Positions 29,593-44,856 of a stretch of DNA of 64,000 nucleotides are shown piece by piece. Position numbers and translations under genes: made by a program. Below the pieces are notes generated by a model. The model saw only the letters and a program-made list of their open reading frames with translations, did no database searches and was not told the DNA's origin. This DNA is from Salpingoeca rosetta (taxonomy: Eukaryota > Protista > Choanoflagellata): NCBI GenBank assembly GCA_033442325.1, contig JAWQFM010000006.1, positions 1,679,336 to 1,743,335 of the forward strand, in the 5' to 3' direction. How positions within the stretch are numbered: the first letter of the stretch is position 1; the number at the start of each line of letters is the position of its first letter.

Positions 29593-29814
29593 GGTGGCCG
29601 CAGCACGTCGGTGTTCGCATGCATGGGGGAGGCGCTTGTGTATTATGCGCTGTCAATGGCATCCGAGGCAACATTATGTGTACATGTATGTTAATGGAAC
29701 GCAGCATAAACAACAACCAACAACAAGAACAAGAAAGCCACATTGTTGTCTCACATCTCACTATAACCAGCCAAGCACAAAGCCCCCCCCCCCAAGCAGT
29801 GACAAACCAACAGG

Positions 29815-30819
29815 ATGGAGCGGGTGAGGCGAAGACCCGTGTTTCCGAAGACGCCGCAGACACGGCGAATCAAGGTCCTGACGTTGGGGTGCACTGGGGT
29901 GGGCAAGAGCTGCCTGATCAAGCGGTACTGCGAGCGCAGGTTTGTCAGCAAATACCTGCCCACCATCGGCATCGACTACGGCATCACCGTGTGGCAACCA
30001 GCAGAGCAAGCAGCCTCCGGCAGCGCACAGCGCAGGCAGAGCACAAGCGCCAGCGGCACCACAGCAGGCAGCAGTAGCAGCAGTAGCAGCAGTAGCAGCG
30101 CGGCTAGTGGCGACGCGCTGGTGCGCGTCAACTTCTTCGACACCTCTGGCGATGACGTGTACTACTCTGTGAGGAACGAGTTCTACGAGTACACGCAGGG
30201 GATCTTGCTTGTGTTTGACGTGAACAAGCGTCGCACCTTCGAACGCCTCAACGACTGGCTGGAGGAGATGAGCAACGAGATGGGCCAGGCAGCCATGCAG
30301 CAGTGCTGCGTCGTCGTGTGCGCGAACAAGGTGGACGTGGAGCCGGCATCGCAGCCTGCCACGCGCGAGGGGAAGCGGACCACGGCGCAGCCGATCCCGC
30401 CCTCGCAGCGGGCCGTCTCGCTGGGCGAGGCGCAGCTATGGGCGGAGAGCCACGGCTACCGCCTCTTCGAGACGTCCGCGCAGACGGGGAACAACGTCGC
30501 GGAAGCGTTCCACGCGCTGTTTGCGGCTGCGCTCAGCGTCGCGGGCATGGCGGACGTGCCGGCCAACGTGAACACGGTCACGCCGCGGTTCACCAAGGAC
30601 GACCTGGACGCCGTCACGCGCGTGCTTGCTGCAAAGAGCGACCACGGGGCCCTCGGCATCGGCGCCGGCAGCGACGCGGCAGAGGTGCAGCGCGCGTTCC
30701 GAGCGCTCGCGGGCAAGATCCACCCCGACAAGAACCAGGCGCCAGGCAGCGACGACGCCTTCAAGCGCGTGCTGCAGGCCAAGGACGCCCTGCTTGCTGG
30801 CCAAGCAAACGCTGCATAG
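29815..30819 (+). CDS. DNAJC27: RJL-family Rab-like GTPase with C-terminal J domain (RBJ)
   Basis: Single exon. IKVLTLGCTGVGKSCLIKRYCERRFVSKYLPTIGIDYG, VRNEFY, CANKVD, FETSA, then a J domain with IHPDKNQAPGSDDAFK. Confidence 0.96.
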   Translation: MERVRRRPVFPKTPQTRRIKVLTLGCTGVGKSCLIKRYCERRFVSKYLPTIGIDYGITVWQPAEQAASGSAQRRQSTSASGTTAGSSSSSSSSSSAASGDALVRVNFFDTSGDDVYYSVRNEFYEYTQGILLVFDVNKRRTFERLNDWLEEMSNEMGQAAMQQCCVVVCANKVDVEPASQPATREGKRTTAQPIPPSQRAVSLGEAQLWAESHGYRLFETSAQTGNNVAEAFHALFAAALSVAGMADVPANVNTVTPRFTKDDLDAVTRVLAAKSDHGALGIGAGSDAAEVQRAFRALAGKIHPDKNQAPGSDDAFKRVLQAKDALLAGQANAA

Positions 30820-31179
30820 CACACCACAGCAGCAGCAGCAGCACTTGTCTGTTGCTACACAGCTCTTCATCTCCCCCTCTCCTCTCTTCTCCTCTTCCCC
30901 TGTTCCCCCATCTCTCTTGCTTTGTTTTGCCTGAGGTGCTGTGTAACCGTCAAGCAAGCGTTTTGCTGCTGTTGCCAAGCAGCGCCCATAATCGACCAAC
31001 CAACAACAACGAAGCAAGCCAAGCGAGCGCGCAGCGAGTTCGATCGTCCACTCTCCGCGCACACACACACGCGATCACACATCACACAGGAAACCTCAGA
31101 CAACAGTGGAGGTCGCATAGGCAGGCGGGCGGGAAGGCAGGCAGACACCCCCCCCAAACACACACACATACACACGCAC

Positions 31180-31239
<60 letters not shown>

Positions 31240-31253
31240 TTCGGTCTTGGACG

Positions 31254-32132
31254 ATGACGCTGGTGATCCCGGGCGAGGCCGGGCAACGTGCCCAGGCGCG
31301 TGCAAGCTACATCTTGCAAGAAACACAGGAGGCTGTGCAGTGGGGTGGCGTGGCATGGGCTCCCCCAGATAAGCGGGAGCCGCTCACGCGCGACACCGTC
31401 TTGGACGCCCTCGCCGACTTTGTGGAGTACGGCGGGCGCCAGATCCTCTTCACGGGCTACGCGCACAGGCAAGGCTGGAGCATAGGCAGCGATCCAAGCA
31501 ACATCGTCACCTGGCGCACGCTCATGCACACGATTGACAAGGCGCTCGCAAGCCCGGCCACCATCGTCCTGTGGATGCTCGGCACGTGCGCTGCCAACGC
31601 CGACGCCCCATTCCACACCTTCAACCGCCAGCGGCAGGACGGCACCAAGCCCAAGCGCAAGGCCCACTTTGCTGTGCGCTTCTTTGGCGGCGCGGAGGCC
31701 CTCCCTTACCAGATGCCGTGCTCGACCAAGAAGCCCGCAAGGAGGGGCCACACGAAGGAGGGCGACAAGAAGAAGCCCGAGAAGAAGGACAAGAAGAAGC
31801 CCGAGAAGAAAGGGAAAGGCGCGCCAGAGTCACCGGTTGCCACTGCCCCCGCTGATGCAACCGTGTGGCCGGGGTCACAGCGGTGTACGCCGAGCATCCG
31901 CCCTGCCGAGGCCACGCGCGCCGTTGTTTTGGCGGTGGAGCGACAGGGCCACATCCCATCGGGGGTGTCCATGCAGCTGGACGCCACCATTGCCCGGCTC
32001 GGTCTCCGCGTTCCCGTCATCGGCCCTGACGCTGCTGATCCATCTCGACCCGAACACGACCTGCAACCGGCCCCATACGTCTGCAGCAGGCTCTCCGCTT
32101 CACAGGAGCGCCCACAACAGCAACACCACCAC

Positions 32133-32179
<47 letters not shown>

Positions 32180-32654
32180 CCAGCGTGATGCGCGTAAACA
32201 AAGTCAACACCAACAACCACAACAGAGACGACAGCGACGGCGCGGCAGTGCAGAGGATTTGCTGGATGTGGCGTTTGTCTCCCGTGCATGCGAGTACGTG
32301 CAACAAGATGGCGATGATGGTGGTGATGGTGGTGATGGTGGGCCGAGCGTGTCGCCAGCAAAGCAGACGGCACGCGGGAGCACAACCGGCCTGTGGTGGC
32401 AGGCAACCAGAAACGCTCGACAGCCGTGCAAAGTCAACGCCATCTACACGATGATGCCAGACCCGCACCGCATCCTGCCGTCTCCAACAGCCGCCCACGC
32501 TGTGTTTGAGGGTGTGCATCGCCACCTCTTTCGCCTGCTGTGCACATCTGACCGCAGTGGCGTGTTCCACGCTCCGCTCGGCCCGTTGCCCATCACCATC
32601 GCCGACACCACTGTTCAGCTCACCATTCGCCGCAACCTCACGCGCCAAACCTAA
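31254..32654 (+). CDS. Uncharacterised protein; N-terminal alpha/beta region with faint caspase-like pattern, Lys-rich repeat and polyQ
   Basis: Open frame with exon-like GC3 codon usage from ATG 31254 to TAA 32654, flanked by (CA)n upstream and (GT)n downstream like the other genes. An upstream exon is possible. Confidence 0.7.
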
Positions 32655-33086
32655 GAACACACGCGCATGTGTGTGGTTTGATAGTTAGTTCGTGTGCGTG
32701 TGTGTGTTTGTGTGTGTGTGTGTGTGTGTGGTGTGTGTGGTGTGTGCATGGCAGGTTGTTGCTTGCTTACATACACACAAGCACAATTGCCCTGTCAGGC
32801 TTTACTGCAGCTAACAGCGTCATGCTTGTTTGATTGAGAGTTAAAAGCTTCTTATTGGGTACCGTGAACTACAGAACAACTGCTTGACTTGCTTTGGGTT
32901 TTGGTTTCCAAGGGTCAAATACACAACCACCGCGCATGGTGCGTGCAAGCATCCAACAAGCCAGCAAGGCGTCCACTGGCAACGGCTCTAACAGGATGCC
33001 AATTTGCAGAGAATTGGGGGGAGGGGGTGGAGACAATGGGCTCTTGGAAGGAGCGAGAAAGCACACGCCCGAGCAAAAGCGAGATG

Positions 33087-33150
<64 letters not shown>

Positions 33151-33158
33151 TCCGGGTG

Positions 33159-33814
33159 TCATGTGTCAGGGCGGAGGGCCTGCTGACTGTGGCTTCCACG
33201 CTCCTTCCCAAAGACGGCCTGGAACAGCGCGCGCATGTATCCCACAGCAAAGATGCGCCCCACCATCGTGTACCCAGACGCCTTGCCCGAGGTGTACCCT
33301 CTCGCCTTCTCCTCGTCGGCGTGCGCGTGCTCAAAGTCTGGCAGCAGCGGCACGTGGTCGGGGCGAATGATGCCGTTGAAGCCAACGTCGCGCCAGGCAG
33401 CCAGCGCCGCGTGCATATCCGTCTGGCCGTCGTCCTGAAACGTCTCCACAAACCCGTCCTGTGCATTGCCCTTGACGTCGCGGAAGTGCACAAAGTGCAC
33501 GCGGTGGCCGAGCCGCTTGATGGTGTCTGGGATATCCACGCCCATCTCACTGAAGCAGCCCTGGCAGAAGGTGATGCCGTTGTGCGGGCTGTCCACGATG
33601 GAGCACATGCGCTCAAATGCGTCGGGCGTCGTCATGATGCGCGCCAGTCCCCGGATGCGTGGGAACGGCGGATCATCTGCACATGAGGGAGTGGGTGAGC
33701 GTGTGGGTGAGTGAGTGTGTGAGTTTGAATGTGTGTGTGTGTGTGTGTGTGTGTGAGTGTGTGGGTATCTGTGCGGATTGCGGGTAGTAGTACACGGCGC
33801 AAACACATGCACTG

Positions 33815-33860
<46 letters not shown>

Positions 33861-34317
33861 GCGCACGCTGCTGAACGCGAGACATACAAGACACCTGGGT
33901 GGCACGCCAAGTACACGCCCGCGGCCTCTGCGACGGGGACTACAGCCTTGAGAAAGTATTCAAAGTTGGCCCACATGTCCTCGTGGGTTGTCTCGCCTTC
34001 CGCCGTGCGCACACTGTCGTCAAAGTCTGACCACTTCCACTCGCTCGACAGCGCACCGCCACGAATCGGCACCTCGTATGACGTGCGTCCCACGCGAAAC
34101 GACCACGGCATGAAGTTGTAGCCTGCACTCCATCATGCGCATGCACGTGAGGGTCAGGGCGGACATGCGCGCGCGCGTGTGTGTGTGTGTGCGTGGGTTG
34201 AGTGAGTGAGCGCAGTGGCGCGAGGTTGCGTGGGACATTTGAGTTTGGCGATGACGCTGGAGTGCTGGCGTGGATGGCAGGGCATGCAAACCATGCGCGC
34301 AATGCAAAGCGCGTTCA

Positions 34318-34415
<98 letters not shown>

Positions 34416-34564
34416 GCGACGCACAGAGAATCGGGATTTGGGCTTCACCCATGGCACGGATGCACTTTTTGAAGTGTTCCAGCTGCTCATCTCGTCCAGG
34501 CTTTCCTTGCACAATCAAGTCCATGGGCGGGCCGCCCTGCAGGAATACATACGTGTGATGTGTG

Positions 34565-34630
<66 letters not shown>

Positions 34631-35257
34631 GTGTGAGACTTGGGTTGGGGGGCGGCACTCGCACAGTGTTTGTGAGACACATATGCCACAAGCAATCTAA
34701 CACGCGCGCGCACACACACATACACACATTCTACCTCGATGGCGGAGAGACGCAAGTTGTATGCTTCGCATTGCTGTCGCAACGCTACGAGTTCCTCCAC
34801 TGTGTCTGGCATGGCGTCCATGTCATAGTAGACGACATCTGGCCCGCGTGGATTGCGTGTGTGTGTATGTGTACATGAGTGTGTGTGCGTGTGAGAGAGA
34901 AAGGATCGCGTGGATCGAACTCGGCATACAGATACCATTTCACGACCGCTTACACACACGCACACTTCTACACACACACACACTCATCTACACATACGTA
35001 CACACCTGTGACGCCGATCTGAGCGGCGAGCCTTAGGTTCTTGTCATTGAGAGGTGTGAGCACGCTGGCGATCCTGGGTGTTGCTCCCGTCCAGTTGCAG
35101 TACTTGATCCCCTGCCACACGTGAGTTGTGGGTGGACCGGGTTTCAATATGTGCGTTGTACATGTGTGTGTGTGCATGTGTGTGTGCATGTGGATGTGTC
35201 TGGATGGTGTCGCCACTTGTCTCACAGACAGACAGACACACAACCACACAACACAAC

Positions 35258-35318
<61 letters not shown>

Positions 35319-35389
35319 TAGACAGACAGACAGACAGACAGACACACACACACACACACACAACACAACACAACACAACCACACAACAC

Positions 35390-35434
<45 letters not shown>

Positions 35435-35447
35435 CACTCACTGCCAT
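33159..35447 (-). CDS. uxuA: Mannonate dehydratase
   Basis: Six exons: 35447-35442, 35111-35006, 34838-34735, 34536-34425, 34122-33895, 33676-33159. Motifs [100 protein letters not shown]. Confidence 0.95.
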
Positions 35448-35604
35448 CTTCGCTGTTTGTTTGTTGTTTTCGGGGGCTGTCCTCCAAAGGCAAAATTGCG
35501 CTCTGAACAAAGACAAATTTGCCTTTGGCATCATCGCTTATCACTCACACACACAACCAGACAGCCCTCACGACCACAACATACCACACGCCACGAGCAG
35601 CAAT
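35448..35604. promoter_or_regulatory. Putative bidirectional promoter uxuA/PH gene
   Basis: 157 bp between divergent start codons. Confidence 0.6.
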
Positions 35605-36561
35605 ATGAGCGATAGGGCCAAGCCGGGGAACCTGCAGTCTCCGTATGAGACGTGTGGGTGGCTGACGCTGAAGGAAGGGTACTTGCAGAAGACCAAGCTG
35701 GCAAAGGGGCTGATTCCGTCCACGAAGCTGCGCTGGTTTGCGCTCAAGCAGAACCCAAAGACGTACGAGAGCAGGCTGGAGTATTACGAAGGCCGCACAT
35801 GCAAAGGCTGGATCTCACTGCGGGATGCCGTGGTGATGCCGACGCGGAAGTTGGGCGCGTTCACCGTTACCACGTACCACAAGCACGGGGCTGCTACCGT
35901 GGCGCGCACCATGAAGCTGCAGGGCGAGACGCACGACCAGCACAGCAGCACGGGCTGGGTTGTGGCGCTCAAGAACGCGGCAAAGTCATACAAGGAGCAC
36001 GGCAAAGACAGCCGCGCCCCGAGCGACGCTGGAAGCGTACAGCGACAGCAGCAGCAGCAGCAACACCACCAACAACAGCACGCTCAGGCTGAGGATGAAG
36101 CACAGGCAGCAAAGCTGACCCCAGAGCTGTTGGACCGATTGGAGAATGACGAAAGCTCCGTGGCACAACGTGCCAGTACGTCGAGTGCATGTGTTGCTTT
36201 GGCTGTGCGAGTGGGTGTGTGTGCGTTGGGTGTTTATTTGTTGCCTGGGTGCGTTCGTGTAGTTGTGTGTTTGCAGACTTGCGATTGCGTCCACCCTTCT
36301 TGTTTGCACGTGCCCCAAACAAAGCCTCTTGCACTCACGCCGTCGTTCGTTCGTGCGTGCGTATGCTTGATTACCCACACCAGACCGCACAGGTGGTGAA
36401 GAATTGGACGGCGACGCCATTGATCGGGCTCGATGGCAAGCCCTTCAACGTCGCTTCCAACACAGCTCAGAGGACCAGCAGCCAGAGGTGTGCGCGTTTG
36501 TCTTTTCTTCTGCGTGTGTGTGTGTGTGTGCGTGTGCCTGTGTGTGTTTCTGCACATGTTG

Positions 36562-36609
<48 letters not shown>

Positions 36610-37067
36610 TGTGTGTGTTTCTGCACATGTTGTGTGCGTGTCCCATGTGCGTGTACTTGCGTGCGTGTTCCTCTGACTTCCTCCTCAGCAGCAGCCACGT
36701 GAATGCAAACGAAGCACACTCATAGCCTGCATTCGTCTGGGGTGGGGTGCAGGTTGACCTTGAGGAGGACGAGGACGTGCGACTGCTGCGGGAGATGGAG
36801 GAAGAGGAAGAGCGACGCCAGGAGGAGGAGCGTCTTGCCTTCCTCGCCGAGCGACAAGCGAGACTGCAGCGGCAGGAAAGCGTGAGGGGCCTGCAGGACA
36901 CTGTATTGGAAGACGATGGCGCGATGAGCGAGGGCGACGAGTGGGACCCCGAGGAAGAGATGCGGCTCATGCGTGAGGCGGAGGAGGAAGAAGAGAGGAG
37001 ACAGGAGGAGGAACGGCGCCTGTGGTTGGAGGAACAGCGCAAGAAGAAGGAGGCCGAGGCGTCGTAA
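35605..37067 (+). CDS. PH-domain protein with duplicated acidic/charged helical tail
   Basis: Exons 35605-36175, 36384-36487, 36753-37067 splice in frame. PH pattern [35 protein letters not shown]. Confidence 0.85.
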
Positions 37068-37341
37068 TGTCGTCGTGATGTAGTGTGGCGTGACGTGACA
37101 TGATATGTGGGGAGGCAGGTGCTCATGTGCGTGTATATGTGTGTGTGTGCATGTGCGTGTGTGTGCATGTGTGTGTGTGTGTGTGCATGTGTGTGTGCAT
37201 GTGTGTGCGCTCTCTCTGTCTCTCTCTCTGTCTCTGTCTCTGTCTCTGTCTCTGTCTCTGTCTCTCTGTCTCTGTCTCTCTTCGGTGTTCTTCCTCGTCT
37301 CTCCTGTGCACCTTTTCCTCGTCTCCTTGCAGTGTGCTGAG

Positions 37342-37399
<58 letters not shown>

Positions 37400-37696
37400 C
37401 CGGGCCCCTGTTCGTTGCAGAGTGAATGCACAGCCTCTTGTCTCCCCTCGAGCTGTCGTTGTGGCGTCTGTGTGTCTGTGTGTCTGTGTGTCCCCTTTAA
37501 ACGGCTTGCGTATGGAGCAAGGGTCAAAGGAGTTGGGTGTTGGGAGCAGGGGTAGGGGGCAGGGGCAGGAAGAGGTGTGACAAAGGTTGGCACGAACACG
37601 CAACACATTTCAGGTCATGACAGTCATCAACAGCAAGAAGATACAGCCGAAGACAATCGCGACGACAACGACAACAACAGCGACAACAAACAAGCC

Positions 37697-38285
37697 ATGG
37701 CAGGGTTGATCGCAGGCTTGGGCGCGTTCCTCGGCGGCGCGTTTGCGGTGCGCAAGGCAGAGCAGGAGATTGACGACCTCGTCTCGGACAAGAACGAGGC
37801 CAAGGCAACCCGCAAAGCAGAGTCTGTGGGCCGCCAACTGGTGCGCATTGCGCGTGTGTGTGTATGTGTGTGTGTATGTGTGTGTATGTGTGGATATGTA
37901 TGTGTGTGTATGTGTGTGTATGTGTGTGATGGTGTGTTTGTGCGTGCGCGTGGATGCACCATGGATCATCGCTCATGCAGCAGGCGCAGCTCATGTCATC
38001 ATCCATCCGCCTTCCAACCCCTGTCCCATTCCCTGTTGCACCGCACCTCTGGATCTGCAGGAAGACACAAATGCCAAGCTCCGTGTGAAGCACGAAGTGG
38101 AGCGGGAGCGGCGCGATCAGCGTCGCCTTGACATGCGGTACAAACACGGGCTCGACACACATGCGTCCTCCTCCTCATCGTCGTCGTCGTCACATGGCAG
38201 AGCCCAGCGTGGCAGCAGCAATGATGCCGGTGCCAGCGTCCCAAACACGGTCGAGTTTGAAGTGTCCGGCGTCTTTGGCAAATGT

Positions 38286-38361
<76 letters not shown>

Positions 38362-38696
38362 AGAGATGCACAATCTTTTCTATTCTCAAGACTCTCATCT
38401 CTTCTCCCCATGCCTCTCGCTGCCCTGTTCCCTCTCGTCTCTCGCCCTCATCCATTCTCTTGTGTGCTCATACTTTCNNNNNNNNNNNNNNNNNNNNNNN
38501 NNNNNNNNNNNNNNNNNNNNNNNNNNNNNNNNNNNNNNNNNNNNNNNNNNNNNNNNNNNNNNNNNNNNNNNNNNNNNGTGCACCACCTCTGCCGAAGCGT
38601 CTGCCTTTCGACACGCGCTGCAGCCCAGCACAATGTGATGCGTGCCACGGCCGCGCGCAGTGCATGATGAACAGATGCTGCTCCTGCTGTTGCTGA
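37697..38696 (+). CDS. Complexin-like small helical protein (3' end interrupted by gap)
   Basis: Exons 37697-37840 and 38061-38283 give ..QLEDTNAKLRVKHEVERERRDQRRLDMRYKHGL, similar to the complexin central helix (K.AKMEAERE..RQ.IRDKYG[LI]). A possible last exon after the gap ends ..CMMNRCCSCCC*. Confidence 0.5.
38478..38577. other. Assembly gap (100 N, probably an unknown-size placeholder)
   Basis: Run of exactly 100 N. Confidence 1.
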
Positions 38697-39285
38697 GCAT
38701 GTGGCGAGCGGTGATGAAGATGATTTCACGCCCTCGATCGCGCTGTGTGCACTGTGTCATGGCACGTTCACTTTGTATTCGTGGTCGCGTCTGCGACTGT
38801 GCCTCTGCACACCCTCATCCCTGTCTCCTGCACACCTTTTGCCTTCTTTCACCCATACACCCTGACCTACGCCTGCATCTATTTGATCTCACCCTCTGCC
38901 CTGTTCTCCTCCGCGCCGCGGCGTGTTACACGTTTGTTACATTGTTCCGTGATACGAACACCTTCTCTTCCTCTCCTCTTCTTCCCCTCCTTCCCTTCCA
39001 TCAACTTCCTCACTTATCGAATGCCATGTTCGCACAACATCATGCATGCTTGCCCCGTGTTATTGTGATACGAGAGACTCTTCTTGCTGTGTTGTGCACG
39101 CTCACTGTGCTCCTTCGTTTGCTTCCACACACACACACACACACGTGTACTGGCCCAATAAACAACACGAGCAGTGATGGATACAGAAGCAAGAGCGCAT
39201 GCGCGTGCGAGCCACTGTGTGTGCGTGTGTGTGTGTGTGGTCTCCTTGGACACGTGGTGATCGTGATCGTCATCACCATGACATA

Positions 39286-43234
<3,949 letters not shown>

Positions 43235-43528
43235 GTTGTGTTATTACTTGGCCATCAAATCAAAATGCAACGAAACATAATTTTTGTTTATCCTCCAAGC
43301 CGCGCCCTCCAAACGCGTCATCCTCACTCCTACCCCTCCACCACACCACACCTCCACTTGCATCGATCGCAAACCACACATACTCAGCCTCTCAAACACA
43401 CACACACACACACACAGCCCCTCAAACACACACACATACACTCAGCCCCTCAAACACACACACACACTAACACACTCACACTCACTCACTAACACACACA
43501 ATCACTCACTAACACACAGCCACAGATT
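43235..43528. promoter_or_regulatory. Putative bidirectional promoter SMG9/Erf4-like
   Basis: 294 bp between divergent start codons; contains repeated cagcc(c/t)ctcaaacacaca units. Confidence 0.5.
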
Positions 43529-44535
43529 ATGGACTCGCCGTTTGCGTTTGACACTTCTAACCCGTTTGCTGCCGAGGAGAAAGAGGTGCCGCCGTTCGGT
43601 CTTGACATGGTGAGCGGCGCAAGACGAACACGTCGTGACGAGGATGTGGATGTTGGTGTCACATCAAGAAGAACAGCAGATCCCACACACAGCAGCAGAG
43701 CGCATGCTCCGCAAACGCACACAGCAGTACTGACAGTGCCGTCGCCTGGAAAGACAGAGATTGAGATTGAGGACAGCGAAGAGGACATGCCGCAGCAGAG
43801 GCCGGGTCCAAGAACGCCGCTGGCAAAGGTGTATGCGGAGATTTGCACATACCCGTGCAACGGCTGGCTCGATTACAAGTACGACAGCGAGACGTTTCCC
43901 CCAACGTTGAAAGGCCACGTCACGTACAAGAAGTTCCAGAGCATTGTGGAGCAGCTCAACACCATTCGCAAGAAGTATCGCTGCAACGGCACAGACTACG
44001 CTCTCCTCGGTGCGCTACTGTCACGAACTGCTCGTCTGCCTGTGGTTGTGTCTTGTGCGGCCGTGTGGAGGGCGGGAGTGGTGTTGTTTGAACGTTGTGT
44101 GATTCGCTGCGTCGTACGTTGTGTGGTTTGGAGTTTAGCTGCCAGCTCTTGTTTGCAATCCACTTTCTTTGCTGTGTGCTGCATTCGGTCGTGCGCATCC
44201 ACCCTCAACAAGCAAGCAAGTTAACGCCTCTTCTCCCCCCTCTCTCTGTCTCTGTCTCTCTCTCTCTCTTCCTCTGTCTCTCCCACACGCACACACACAC
44301 AATCACACACAATCACACTCACACACACGTCCCAATGATGCCAGGTGCGAGTGTGGGGCTTCTTCCCATGATCCCGTTTATGATGCGCAAAAAGTCTCGG
44401 GCGATTGAGCGCCGCAAGGAGATGAAGGCCGTCTTTGCGCAGTTTGAATACGAACACGAGACCCTGCGCATGCGCATCGACAAAACCACGGGCAACCTCA
44501 TCATCGAAACACACCCATCGGTCCTCTACGGCTGA
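43529..44535 (+). CDS. Erf4/Golgin-A7 (CHIC-like) domain protein
   Basis: Exons 43529-44009, 44345-44535. YDSETFPPTLKGHVTYKKFQSIVEQLN resembles the Erf4 'F.t.fP..L.g.i....F..ti..iN' motif, followed by a hydrophobic stretch and a basic helix. Confidence 0.55.
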
Positions 44536-44856
44536 CTCTTGCAATATGCTTGTCGTTGAGCCTGAATGCCTCACGTCATTGCCCATGGGTTACCTGGATT
44601 ATATTCCACATTGTTATGTCACATATTATGTCTCTCTCGCTTGCTTCCTCTTCCTCTCATCATCATCATCCTCATCTCTGTGCTTCTGTGGAGTGCTTGC
44701 GACACAGAACCTCTCTGTTGTTGTCCCTCTCTTGTCCAACAAAGTCCTGCGTGGCCGTGGTTTTTTTTTTTTGCTGTCGTGCGCAACACACGTGTGTGCA
44801 GCCGCGCCAGCCAGAACACCCACGATACAACAATACCCACACCACAAAACACCACC

